A stretch of 44,539 nucleotides of DNA from contig JAUCBJ010002773.1 of NCBI GenBank assembly GCA_032718475.1, forward strand, positions 1-44,539, read 5' to 3'. Origin of the DNA: Nemertoderma westbladi (lineage: Eukaryota > Animalia > Xenacoelomorpha). The notes under the pieces are model-generated. The model had not been told where the DNA came from and did no database searches. It saw only the letters and a program-made list of their open reading frames with translations. A program made the translations under genes and the position numbers. Of the stretch, positions 24,397 through 35,190 are shown in pieces. The first letter of the stretch is position 1; every line of letters begins with the position of its first letter.

Positions 24397-27376
24397 CTAT
24401 ATCGCGTTGAAGAATTCAAGGATGCGAGAGTGCCTAGATGAGAATGATTTATTCTGGAGGTTGTAACAATTTGTGATGAGATCCATTTTTATGCGATCGC
24501 TTGTTGACATCGAACCACAATTCATCCTTGTCAACAATGCTTCCTTATTATACTGGAAGGTGAGGAGAGAAGAAATGTGTGGCATCGGATAAAAATTGTT
24601 GCATTTACTGTAAGAGCTGCCGAGACCAACATAGCTGGAGTGAGGATCAGAGTGGGTTTGCAAAGATATTCGTAGGATAGATTGCAGTGTTGGATTTGGA
24701 CATTGTGTACATCGGGTTATTGTACCAATTGAGGCAGAGAATGCTTCCATAGATATCGGTTTGCAATGCAGTATACTGAGAATGGTGTGATTATTGACAT
24801 ACGTCCCAAGGCACAGTAGGCCACGAAGGATTTTTCTGTAGTGGACATCTAAGTGCGCTATGTCGCTGGATGATAACGAACCAATGAGGAACTTTAAGCT
24901 ATATAAAATGTTGGGGACACCGATTACCTTCCATAAGTGACTAAGGATGTCGGTATGCAGCCAACGAACGGTCCAACTGTTTCTATGAAATGTGTCAGCG
25001 GCTGAAGCGATTATTCGAATGCAGTCGGCCAGTCTATTCGATGTAGATGTAAATTTGAAGCCCAAGAATGTTAATGATGGCTTTGCGGGTACTAGGGTCC
25101 CATTTATGTTAAGGAATGTTGGTGTCGCAGTGTCCGTACACTTTTTCCCTCGGCAGATGATCCACTTAGTTTTTGTCTGTTCAATGTCAAGGTTGATCTC
25201 ATTTAGGCCCGATACGACCCGATAATGTTGGGGATAGCAGAGATCCCTGTTTAAGGCCCCTGATCAATGCGATGCCGTCACCACTTATAATGGATCCAAA
25301 TTTCAAAAACGCAACAGTGTATGTGTAGTATGAGAGAATGGCAAGACAGATGTGCGGGTTTAGGTGTTCTGTTAACTTGTTGAACAGGGTAATGTAGTCT
25401 ACATTGTCGAACGCTGCAGTGATGTCGAGCTGACACATAAAAACTGTGTTCCCCCGGCTCCTATGATGTTCCAGACATTCCAGAACAGTGCCAAGTATAA
25501 GGTCTGAACCGATTTTGGATTGGTAGGCCAGTTGGGACTGCATAATAAAATTTGGGGAGGAGAGGTATTCGCACAGGATGATGGCTTCAAATATTTTGGC
25601 TAGAACGCTGACCGTGGCGATTGGACGATATGAGGTAGCCATGAGAGGGTTACGCCCTTTCCCTTTGAATAGGTGTGTGACGATGGTATCGCCTAAGGGC
25701 TTTGGAACATTTCCTAGTCGGAAGCAGGCATTATATATGTCCGCTAGTACAGGGCAGATGAAATCAGGATCTAAGGCGAGAAACAGCTCTACGACGAGAG
25801 ATGATGTGTCTGGAGCTTTCCCCTTCGACAGCTCGCTTATAGCCCTCCTTATTGTTATTTCTGATATGGTTGGGATGTCGGTCTGTTTGCATTTGTCATT
25901 GAGATCATTTGTCAAGTGCTCTATGGATGAGTCATATTCAGACCCCTTTGTGTGCCCCTTGGTTAGGTTGTTCCTGATAGTGTCTTGGAGTCCTTCATTG
26001 GGGGTGGTGTCACTTTTTGATTTGAAGCTTCTCCAGAACTGTCGGGGACTCTTCTTTAGCAATGATGACTTTCTGTGCACGTCGTTTGAAACTAGATTAC
26101 GAGATAACAGGTTTTTGAGTCTTCGAACTGATCTCCGTGAGTCCTTGTAGGCAGTTCCGTGTGCACTACCTTTGCCCTTCCCGTCCCTGCACCAAAGTTT
26201 ATATAATTGCTTGGTAGTTTTACAGCGTTCTCTCAGTGTGTTGCATCTAATACGGATATTCTTTGTGAATTTATGTTTCTTGTGAATAGGGAATGATGAC
26301 AACGCAGCATTGCATATTATCCGTTGGATTTCTGATGCCCAAGTATCTAAGTCTGAATACGCCCAGTCAACTGAGGACAATTTGGTTTCTGATAGGATCC
26401 TCCGAATATCATTCTCCACCAGGTTGCTGTAGTTGTTTATTTGTTCATTGGAAACCTTCGCCCACGCAAATCTCGTGATTTTGATGTTGTTATCATTACC
26501 TGTTCTGACCCTTGGTTCCTTTACATTGATGGTTATATTTACCTGGATAGGGACATGGTCGGACATATTGTTAATGGCATCGTCGTCAAAGACCCTTCCG
26601 GTTGTAATAAGGTCGAGTCCTGCTGATGTCGTAAGAACATGGTCAATATATGAAGCGCCATTACCCCGGAAGGTAGTAGTAGGGCCTGAGAACTTAGGTG
26701 TAGTGTCGGCGGCAAGGAGGTTAAAGGAGTTTAGGAACTCGTTGAGGCGACGTCCTCTTAGTGTCGCTTTACACCTACCATATCTGGGCCCTTGTAGTGG
26801 CCCAACATCCGCGTTCGTATCGGCTAATACAATTGGGAGGGTGTCTGGATTTGAATCGAGGATTGAGCCCAGTCTCCCCAAGAACTCCTCGTAGGCTGAG
26901 CATCCCCTCGAGGGGTCAGGTGCATAGCAAGATAATAATAGAAGTGGGATGTCAAGACCATGATAGTTAGCTCTTAAACCTACTATGTCGTCTCCGGATG
27001 CGATTTCTGAAACATTGGTGAACATGGTTCGCCTGTACCATAGGGCCACTCCACCTGCGCCACGAGTTCGGTTTGGATTAGCCATGAGGTGAGAAACAGA
27101 GTATGTGCATTTAAAGTCACTATGGAATTCGCCGAGCAGTAGCTTACATTCAATGGTGTCGAGCCAGTGCTCCTGTATTGCCACGATGTCCAAGGATGAT
27201 AAGGGGTGATCAGAGTTTAGGCAGTCAGAAAGATATTTGATACCCGTGTTGAATCCCCGACAATTGTAGGTAGCCATTCGTATATGTTCATGTTTGGATG
27301 TGGGGCTGGGTTGCTGGGGTGGGGGATTTCCGTTAAACACGCTGCCTGTTAGATTGGTGTCCCTGTGATGGGGCAT
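24397..27376 (-). pseudogene. ORF2: intact apurinic endonuclease + reverse transcriptase with catalytic YADD segment deleted and frameshift at ~25222
   Basis: APE motifs TYNCRG, QEHWL, GGVA, ADTNA, SYIDH, SDHVPI. RT motifs KAPD, YRPIA, LDITAAFDNV, GLKQGSLLSPTL. The protein then resumes in another frame at GLNEINLDIEQTKTKWI...TFLGF. Confidence 0.92.
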
Positions 27377-30300
27377 GCCTGTGTTCTTGTCTACCTACTG
27401 GTATGTTGTGGGACTGTGGTTGAGCATCGGCCCATTGTCGAATACCTGTGGTCGATTTTGGTCGCCATCTGCGACAGGTGATACCGTCCGGCCAGTGGAA
27501 GTGGTCACCACATAGCAAGTCTTCGTCAAACCCGTTAATCGTGATACGCATGGTTCTGTGATTGTTGTTGATCCAGTATTTGCTATGATATACAGTAATA
27601 TTCTTATTCTCAAGGTATGATATAATATCTGTCTTGTGCCAGTTATCCAATCCAGACAGGAACAAATAGGAGTACGATGACCATTGAGAGTCATAGTGAT
27701 ATCCTGCATTGTTATTTCCCTTCCTTGGACGTTCCTGATGAGTGGGTCCGGGATTGTGATAAGCCTTCTGGTGGTAGTCTCTGCGTGTGGCATTGTACAT
27801 ATTGTGTTTGTCCCCATCCTTGAACTGGTGAGTTCCACTTTGTGCAACTGATGAGTGGGTATTGTTCTGGGTCACCTTGTTGTATCTCTTTGGATAGTAG
27901 TTACGATTTACCTCATGGTTAATCCCTGATTTATATTTACCATTATCGGCCAGCTGATGCCTTTGAAATGGTTCATTCTGGTTATGGTGGTACCTTCCTG
28001 ATAGCTGACAAGTTGTTGGAGTAGGAGTGACTGTTGGTTTAATATGATCAGAGATTGGTAGATACCTGTTTTCCGTGTCGATAGTGGTTGAATTCTTACT
28101 ATGCCCGTGTCGCGGTTGTTTCGCTAACCGTGCGGTGTGTTTTGTAGACGGTACCGACCATTCCGTATTTGGTAGGTTTGGAAGATTCGATGGACTTGAA
28201 CTAGCTTCAATAGGGCTGGTGCTGCCTACTGTAGAATCAATGATAATATAATCGCTTAGGATGCCTTCAGTATGTGGGCCAGCTAGGTTTCCCGATGGTA
28301 GTTGTGTTTGTGTTTGTGGGCCAGAATCGATGTTACTCTGTTTAAGAATGTCAGACACCTTTGCTTCGAGAACCATTCCTTTATACCTCTCATGGTTCAA
28401 TTCTTCTTTTATCTTAACATTGTCCTCTTTTAGTTGATCACACTTGTTTTCCACCATGCATAATCTGGCCTGCAATGTTGCTACAGCTGTTATAAGGTCC
28501 TGTTTGAGTTGATCGTAAGAATTACTGTCACCGGTGTAAGTACTCGAATGGACCTTTCTGAGCCGCTTTCTGCAGGATTCTGTGAATCTGTGGTCTTTTA
28601 CCGATTGCAAAAGCTCATAGACGTCAAGGGAAAGTTCCCGCGTGGATGTTCTAGGTGATAGTTCAAGGCTTACCGCTTGTGTGGGGAGCATATATGTTTT
28701 GACGTCATTAAATAGGAGGTTCCTAATTGTGTTTCTCTTGTCGTCAGTGTAACCCTTTAATGTTTTAATGCATTTCTGCTTGGTTTCGTGTAATAGGGGG
28801 CGCAGGTCACAATTCTTATACGTTGGAAAACAGGTAGTTTTTATTTTGACATAGGGCGGTGCCGCATCGTCGCTATGATATACGTCATCGTCGGGACGGT
28901 GGGCGAATGTTGGGAGGTGGTTTCCCTGGTCATTACGGTTAGCTGGTGTTGCCGTGTTGTCATATGAATTTTCAAAGCTTGCATTTAATTGTGTGTCAGT
29001 CAGGTCAATCTTTACATCCGAAAGACTCTTCTGTATCCATTGGCGGAGATTGGTGGATTCTGAGCGTCCTTTGAGGACTCGGTTACTTCCGGAAGCCAGA
29101 GCCACTGCGTATAGGCATACAAAGCCGCCACAGTCGTAATCATTCGTTTGTCCGACGAATGGTCGTTTTACTTTAACATCTACCTCCCAATCCTCTGGTA
29201 AGCCGAGTACTTTGTTTATTAAATTCAATAGGCTACAGATTGAACGAGCTCTGGGTTCGTGTTTCGGCGAGGATGATGACAAGCTGTCGAGTGTGTATAC
29301 TTTCCTGCTCTTCTGTTCAGCGACATGCAGAACAAGGTGATTATTCTTAGGGTCTTTCTTTTCGATGCACTCCGGAAAGAGCATTAGTGGTGTAGTTGTT
29401 GGATTGCAGATAGTAGTAATATATTTTATTGCACTGGCTATGTCAAAGCCTCCCTGATTGAGTTTCATGCAAAGTGTTGAGTCCACGCAGCTTATGTTGC
29501 CCACTTGTCGTTCCAGAATGGAAATAAATGAGTCTACAATAAGGGTGGAGAGGTGGGACTCATCATCGAAGTAATCCCAGTCAGGGTCAGATGGTTTGAG
29601 TATAACAAGGCCTCTCGGTCCTGGTTTAGAAGTTGCAGCCAGCACAACGTCCTCTTCATTAAAGCCATTAGATACATCGGGGAAAACGGGGACATACTCG
29701 TTATCTGTTTCCCTGGACAGGTCAGTCTCTTCTATAGAGTTCTTCAGAGCAGTGAAGATCGGCGAACCAGTTGAGTAAATGGTTGGGGCATTCGAGGATG
29801 AACCACGGCATGATGTTGTGGTCGCCGGAGCAGTAAAAACAGAACCGAAACTAACTTTTGGGGTCTTTGGACCAATTAAACCGGGGCGACGACCAGCTGT
29901 CAGGTTCGTTGGCGCTGTCAAATCTGGGCCAAATCTGACTATTGGGGTCGTTGCAGCATTCAAACCCAAACGACAGCCAGCTGTCAAGGACGCCGGAGCA
30001 GTATAAACCGGACCGAAACGGACATTCGAGGTCATTGGAGCATTCAAAGCCGAACTACAGACAGCTATTGAGGTCATCGGAGCATTAAAAACCGAGCCCC
30101 GATCTACTTTTGAGGTCATTGGAGCGTTCAGAACTGAACCATGCTCGGCAATGGAGGTCATCGGAGCGGTAAAGATCGAACCGAAACTGACTCTTGAGGT
30201 CGTTGGTGCATTCAAAGCCAAACCAACTCCACCTGGGGAGGTCGTCGGAGCGGTAAGGACCGAACCGAAACAAACTTTTGAGGTCATTGGAGCATTCGAA

Positions 30301-32849
30301 ACCGGACCAAACCCACCTCGGGTGGTTGTAGGAGCAATGAAAACCGAACCGAAACGAACTTTTGAGGTCGTCGGAGCATTCAAAACCGAGCCACCACCAA
30401 CCGTTGATGACAATGGATCAGCAAAGACTGAACCGAGAGAGACCTTTGAGGTCATCGGAGCATTCGAAACCGAGCCACAACCATTGTTGGAGGTTGTCGG
30501 AGCTGTATGAACAGAACCAAAGTCCATTGATGCATTGATTTCGACTCCTTCTGTGATGGTCGTTGGAATTTTGGAGAATGGACCCCTACCCATTCCTACT
30601 GGAGAAATTGAAGGAGCCGGTGGTATGGGGTTCTGATTTTTCTTATAGCGTTTAGGTGGGTTTGCATTCCTTTTCGGTTGCAGTGTTTTAACCTTAGATA
30701 AAATGGCCTTACTTCTCGTATACGGCTTGTGGGTTTGATGCTCCTCTGGAGATGGGGAATAATCTGTGGAACCAGGACATGCTACCTCTTGGTATTTCCT
30801 TCGGTGGCCCCCGGGGTTGTTCCTTTTCAGTTCATTTACACAGGGAGACATGCGGGATGGTGGTGCATGGGCGACTGTGATCTGTCTATGTGGGATACAG
30901 GGGCTAGCCATGGATTCTACTGTGGGTGTGGTACAAGCGGACCCCATATGGGACTCCTCAGTAGGTGTAATGGGTGTCCCTATAGTAAAGACTGCTTGTG
31001 GGGGAATAGGGCCAAGTGTTTGTGTATTGTGGATTGGTGTCCCTATTGTGGGGTTACCCTTGTTAATACCACCTAAATATACTACTTCATTACCGTTAAG
31101 AAAGTCAGTAGATTCATGTACATTAAAATAAGAAGGATCAACAAATTGGTTTCCCCAAAAATAATTCTCAGGAGAACTAGAGTTTTGATTGACCTTATTG
31201 TACAGAGAGCTGTCTAGCACAGCGTGTATGTCAATGCTCCCAGAGTTAAATGTACTTGAACTATTAAGTTCCCACCTTTTAGGTCTTGGTTCCATGCATG
31301 TGGTAGATGGGCCCACCCAAGCCGGGTCATTGGCTGTATGGATGACCGGACCTACCCGACTTGGGTGTACCTTGGTTATACTAGGGTTTATCTGGTTTAT
31401 TCCTGCTTTCCACATCGACCCAACCGCCGGATCGCTCGGGTTTATTCCGGTTTTCGTCGTCGACCCAACCGCCGGATCGCTCGGGTTTATTCCGGTTTTC
31501 GTTGTCGATCCATCCGCCGGATCGCTCGGGTTTATTCCAGTCTTCGTCGTCGACCCATCCGCCAGGTCGCTCGGGTTTATTCCGGTTTTCGTCGTTGACC
31601 CATCCGCCGGATCGCTCGGGTTTATTCCGGTTTTCGTCGTAGACCCATCCGCTGGATCGCTCGGGTTTGTTCCGGTTTTTGTCGGCGACCCATCCGCCGG
31701 ATCGCTCAGGTTTATTCCGGTATTTGTCGTCGACCCGTCCGCCGGATCGCATGGGTTTATTCCGGTTTTCGTCGTCGACTCATCCGCCGGATCGCTCGGG
31801 TTTAATCCGGTTTTCTTCGTCGACCCATCTGCCGGATCGCTCGGGTTTATTCCGGTCTTCGTCGTCGACCCATCCGCCGGATCGCTCGGGTTTATTCCGG
31901 CGTTAGTCGTCGATCCATCTGCCGGATCGCTCGGGTTTATTCCAGCTTCCATCGTCGACCCATTCGCCGGGTTTATTCCGGTTTTCGTCGTCGACCCATC
32001 CGCGGGATCGCTCGGGTTTATTCCAGATTCCGTCGCCGACCCATTCGCCGGGTTTATTCCGGTTTTCGTCGTCGACTCATCCCCCTGATCGCTCGGATTT
32101 AATCCGGTTTTCGTCGTCGACTCATCCGCCGGATCGCTCGGGTTTAATCCGGTTTTCTTAGTCGACCCATCTGCCGGATCGCTCGGGTTTATTCCGGTCT
32201 TCGTCGTCGACCCATCCGCCGGATCGCTCGGGTTTATTCCGGCGTTAGTCGTCGATCCATCTGCCGGATCGCTCGGGTTTATTCCAGCTTCCATCGTCGA
32301 CCCATTCGCCGGGTTTATTCCGGTTTTCGTCGTCGACCCATCCGCGGGATCGCTCGGGTTTATTCCAGATTCCGTCGTCGACCCGTTCGCCGGGTTTATT
32401 CCGGTTTTCGTCGTCGACTCATCCGGCGGATCGCTCGGATTTAATCCGGTTTTCGTCGTCGACTCGTCCGCCGGATCGCTCGGGTTTAATCCGGTTTTCT
32501 TCGTCGACCCATCCGCCGGATCGCTCGGGTTTATTCCGGCATTAGTCGTCGACCCATCCGCCGGATCGCTCGGGTTTATTCCGGTTTTCGTCGTCGACCA
32601 GTCCGCCGGTTTTATTTCGGCTTTCATCGACCCGTCAGCCGTGTCGCTCGGGTTTATTCCGGCTTTCATCGTCGGCTCATCCGCCGCTGTTTTGGGTTCC
32701 TTTGTTGACGTCAGTCGACGGCTCAGCGCAGTCAGTTCGTCCAGCGGCGGCGGGGGCGGGGGTGCCGGACCCCTGCTGCGCGTGTGCGGAGCTCCCTGCA
32801 CTTTCCTTGGGGAATGTTGTACGGGCATCCTCCTGGTGCCTAGTAGCAT
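27333..32849 (-). CDS. LINE ORF1, 1838 aa: Pro-rich N-terminus, 15-aa and 14-aa repeat arrays, Ulp1/SENP (C48) protease, coiled coil, C-terminal RRM-like domain
   Basis: Uninterrupted ORF overlapping the ORF2 start by 44 nt. Protease motifs NNHLVL, TLDSL, GQTNDYDCGGF. Heptad-like region YDQLKQDL...VSDILKQ. IDTENRYLPI motif. C-terminal LFLSGL...RITI...HWPDGITCRRW. Confidence 0.9.
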   Translation of the reverse strand: MLLGTRRMPVQHSPRKVQGAPHTRSRGPAPPPPPPLDELTALSRRLTSTKEPKTAADEPTMKAGINPSDTADGSMKAEIKPADWSTTKTGINPSDPADGSTTNAGINPSDPADGSTKKTGLNPSDPADESTTKTGLNPSDPPDESTTKTGINPANGSTTESGINPSDPADGSTTKTGINPANGSTMEAGINPSDPADGSTTNAGINPSDPADGSTTKTGINPSDPADGSTKKTGLNPSDPADESTTKTGLNPSDQGDESTTKTGINPANGSATESGINPSDPADGSTTKTGINPANGSTMEAGINPSDPADGSTTNAGINPSDPADGSTTKTGINPSDPADGSTKKTGLNPSDPADESTTKTGINPCDPADGSTTNTGINLSDPADGSPTKTGTNPSDPADGSTTKTGINPSDPADGSTTKTGINPSDLADGSTTKTGINPSDPADGSTTKTGINPSDPAVGSTTKTGINPSDPAVGSMWKAGINQINPSITKVHPSRVGPVIHTANDPAWVGPSTTCMEPRPKRWELNSSSTFNSGSIDIHAVLDSSLYNKVNQNSSSPENYFWGNQFVDPSYFNVHESTDFLNGNEVVYLGGINKGNPTIGTPIHNTQTLGPIPPQAVFTIGTPITPTEESHMGSACTTPTVESMASPCIPHRQITVAHAPPSRMSPCVNELKRNNPGGHRRKYQEVACPGSTDYSPSPEEHQTHKPYTRSKAILSKVKTLQPKRNANPPKRYKKNQNPIPPAPSISPVGMGRGPFSKIPTTITEGVEINASMDFGSVHTAPTTSNNGCGSVSNAPMTSKVSLGSVFADPLSSTVGGGSVLNAPTTSKVRFGSVFIAPTTTRGGFGPVSNAPMTSKVCFGSVLTAPTTSPGGVGLALNAPTTSRVSFGSIFTAPMTSIAEHGSVLNAPMTSKVDRGSVFNAPMTSIAVCSSALNAPMTSNVRFGPVYTAPASLTAGCRLGLNAATTPIVRFGPDLTAPTNLTAGRRPGLIGPKTPKVSFGSVFTAPATTTSCRGSSSNAPTIYSTGSPIFTALKNSIEETDLSRETDNEYVPVFPDVSNGFNEEDVVLAATSKPGPRGLVILKPSDPDWDYFDDESHLSTLIVDSFISILERQVGNISCVDSTLCMKLNQGGFDIASAIKYITTICNPTTTPLMLFPECIEKKDPKNNHLVLHVAEQKSRKVYTLDSLSSSSPKHEPRARSICSLLNLINKVLGLPEDWEVDVKVKRPFVGQTNDYDCGGFVCLYAVALASGSNRVLKGRSESTNLRQWIQKSLSDVKIDLTDTQLNASFENSYDNTATPANRNDQGNHLPTFAHRPDDDVYHSDDAAPPYVKIKTTCFPTYKNCDLRPLLHETKQKCIKTLKGYTDDKRNTIRNLLFNDVKTYMLPTQAVSLELSPRTSTRELSLDVYELLQSVKDHRFTESCRKRLRKVHSSTYTGDSNSYDQLKQDLITAVATLQARLCMVENKCDQLKEDNVKIKEELNHERYKGMVLEAKVSDILKQSNIDSGPQTQTQLPSGNLAGPHTEGILSDYIIIDSTVGSTSPIEASSSPSNLPNLPNTEWSVPSTKHTARLAKQPRHGHSKNSTTIDTENRYLPISDHIKPTVTPTPTTCQLSGRYHHNQNEPFQRHQLADNGKYKSGINHEVNRNYYPKRYNKVTQNNTHSSVAQSGTHQFKDGDKHNMYNATRRDYHQKAYHNPGPTHQERPRKGNNNAGYHYDSQWSSYSYLFLSGLDNWHKTDIISYLENKNITVYHSKYWINNNHRTMRITINGFDEDLLCGDHFHWPDGITCRRWRPKSTTGIRQWADAQPQSHNIPVGRQEHRHAPSQGHQSNRQRV
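29780..30530 (-). repeat. 42-bp coding repeat in ORF1 (APxTSxVxFGSVxx, ~17 degenerate units, alternating dimer pattern)
   Basis: Seen in the translation and as the GAGGTC(G/A)T(C/T)GGAGC periodicity. Confidence 0.85.
31385..32690 (-). repeat. 45-bp coding repeat in ORF1 (TTKTGINPSDPADGS) with 36-bp variants
   Basis: The DNA period of 45 is visible at 31441-31500. All length variants keep frame. Confidence 0.93.
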
Positions 32850-33082
32850 GTAGTCGTATGATAAATGGTTGGCTATTCTGCTTATAAATTATGTTCTGTT
32901 ATATTATTGACAACGTGAATTAATAAATTTAAATAAAATAATTAAAATGATTAGCAATCATATAGAGCTTGGATTAGGTGAAAGCACGTCAGGTCAATTA
33001 CCAACTAATGCGTAGCGGCGCATGCAAATCCAACAACTTAGAAACATAAGTAAAACATTCACAGGAGACTCACTAAATTTAA

Positions 33083-33634
33083 GAGAGGAGTGGCCTATTT
33101 CCTGAAGATCGCGAAGCTATGCTCGTGTATTATGCTAACCTACAAGACATGGCGCCACACTATAGCTTCGAATACCTAGCAAGGATAGACAGAGACCATC
33201 GACTGCGTGTTGAAGCGGGGACGGATTGGGACAAAGAAATCCGTATAAGGAAACCCAATCCGGAAGATTTAATACGCTCCTGCTACCGTTGTGAGTATTG
33301 GCACCTTGGCCCATGTTCTGCGACAAATTTGCAGAAAACGAAACGCCCATTTAACATGTTTAACACACCTGGGCGGGGGTACCAGGCTGATGTGCACGAT
33401 GGACGTCCTCATTGCACTTACAGATGGTGTGGCAAGACCGGACACACATATGAGCAATGTTACAAGCGAATGCGCGCAGAATCAGCAGAACAAGCCGGTG
33501 TAGCGCTTGATTCAGCACAGGGCTTCCGAAGTTCTGCATCTGAAACAGGGTCGGCAGCGAATCTACCAAAAATTATACCGAAAAAGTTTGCGGGAAATTT
33601 CACGCAATCCAAAGTTCAGCAGCCCCCTATTTAG
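33083..33634 (+). pseudogene. C-terminal half of YR-retrotransposon gag with zinc-knuckle-like motifs
   Basis: FPEDREAMLVYYANLQDMAPHYSFEYLARIDRDHRLRVEAGTDW matches the DIRS/Ngaro gag pattern (P....L.Y...I......Y......YD..FR......W). CYRCEYWHLGPC and CTYRWCGKTGHTYEQC follow. Confidence 0.8.
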
Positions 33635-33971
33635 ACACATGAGTCATTAGCCATGAACTAGATAACTCAAACAGCAGACTATTATTATATTCTCTTGAAT
33701 ACATATATAATCAAACCATTGTTTATATTTCTTAATTTTTTTTTTTTTGCATGTGCGTCATATACTACGAATAATCCTGTGCAAGCGCACTGCAATACTT
33801 GCTTATTGAAATTTACTTTATAACTCATAAATTACTCACGTGCCATACATATTTAGGTTCGCAAATACAGTATGTGTTCCTCTTAATTATTAAGTACATG
33901 TATCGTTTTGTGAGAAATATTTAATAATAAATTTTATAAAAGTTTTATTTATTTTGTTTGTTACTTTGTTG

Positions 33972-34545
33972 CATCTCACTTTGACCACAGTGTCGTTCCT
34001 GGCACTAGTCTCATATTGACGTTTGTGTCTCACTTTGACCACAGTCAGTATCGTTTCTGGCTATAGAGTATTATATTGACCTTTGTGTCTCACTTTGACC
34101 ACAGTGTCGTTCCTGGCACTAGAGTCTCATATTGACCTTTGTGTCTCACTTTGACCACAGTGTCGTTCCTGGCACTAGAGTCTCATATTGACCTTTGTGT
34201 CTCACTTTGACCACAGTGTCGTTCCTGGCACTAGAGTCTCATATTGACCTTTGTGTCTCACTTTAACCACAGTGTCGTTCCCGGCACCAAAGTCTCATAT
34301 TGACCTTTGTGTCTCATTTTGACCACAGTGTCGTTCCTGGCACCAAAGTCTCATATTGACCTTTGTGTCTCACTTTGACCACAGTGTCGTTCCTGGCACC
34401 AAAGTCTCATATTGACCTTTGTGTCTCACTTTGACCACAGTGTCGTTCCAGGTACTAGAGTCTCATATTGACCTTTGTGTCTCACTTTGACCACAGTGTC
34501 GTTCCCGATACAAGTGTTTCACATTAGCCCTAAATGTCTCACTTC
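33972..34545 (+). repeat. 56-bp tandem array (~10 units) inside the YR element
   Basis: Unit GTGTCTCACTTTGACCACAGTGTCGTTCCTGGCACTAGAGTCTCATATTGACCTTT. Confidence 0.93.
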
Positions 34546-35190
34546 ATCTTGAACACACCTGAAATTAAAATACATCAACGGAGAGAAATGCTACAGTATA
34601 TTCCATTGCCCGAAAGCAGAATTCAACTTAATCATTATTTAATACTATTTATTTTATACCATTGACATAATGGGTTTGCTCAGAGCACATAACATAGGAA
34701 GGCAGACCTGCAAGATTGTTTAAGACCACCCAGTACACACATCACCAATAAGGCTGTCTTCCAAATAATTGGCTATAAATACAGTAACTTCATATATTTA
34801 ATATGTTTAAACAAACCAGATAATTCCACAATCCAAGTCAGATTGTTTACCTCAAACTGTCCCTACAGTATATCAGGTAAAGTTATAGATCATCACTAGC
34901 CCGTGCCACTGCCTGAAGCACATGTAAATACCTGCCAAACATCTACTACTCAAACCAGACATCCTGGCGACTTTCGATTACACAAACACGTGTATTCTTC
35001 ACAACTAGACAGCTTTATAGCTGGCATACATTATTTAATAATTCAAATTAGCCTTATGCCAATTTATTTAATAAACAATCAATTACATTTGAGAACATTA
35101 ATTCGCCAATAAGAAAATTTTGGAAAATAGGTAGACTCGATGGAAAATACTAAATTAATAGTAGTATATTTCTAAAAAGTTACGTACACT

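Larger units (their letters stand above)
23982..33037 (-). mobile_element. Full-length-sized RTEX-like non-LTR retrotransposon (ORF1 + APE-RT ORF2); 5' end approximate
   Basis: The 3' end has a TCGG-CAAAGA-CCGA stem-loop followed by a TTAAA/TGAAA tandem tail (23982-24017). The QEHWL endonuclease motif and ORF1 WPDG..CRRW motif recall RTEX/CR1-group elements. Candidate imperfect TSD TTAGA(T/A)ACAT at 23975-23984 and 33038-33047. Confidence 0.85.

Noticed and set aside
25578-32088. Plus-strand ORFs antisense to LINE ORF1/ORF2
   Set aside because: Shadow frames of coding or repeated sequence with no recognisable motifs.
32984-33010. Inr + DPE internal promoter of the LINE (TTAGTT ... GACGTG on the minus strand)
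   Set aside because: Spacing is about +16 rather than the canonical +28, so it is not supportable.
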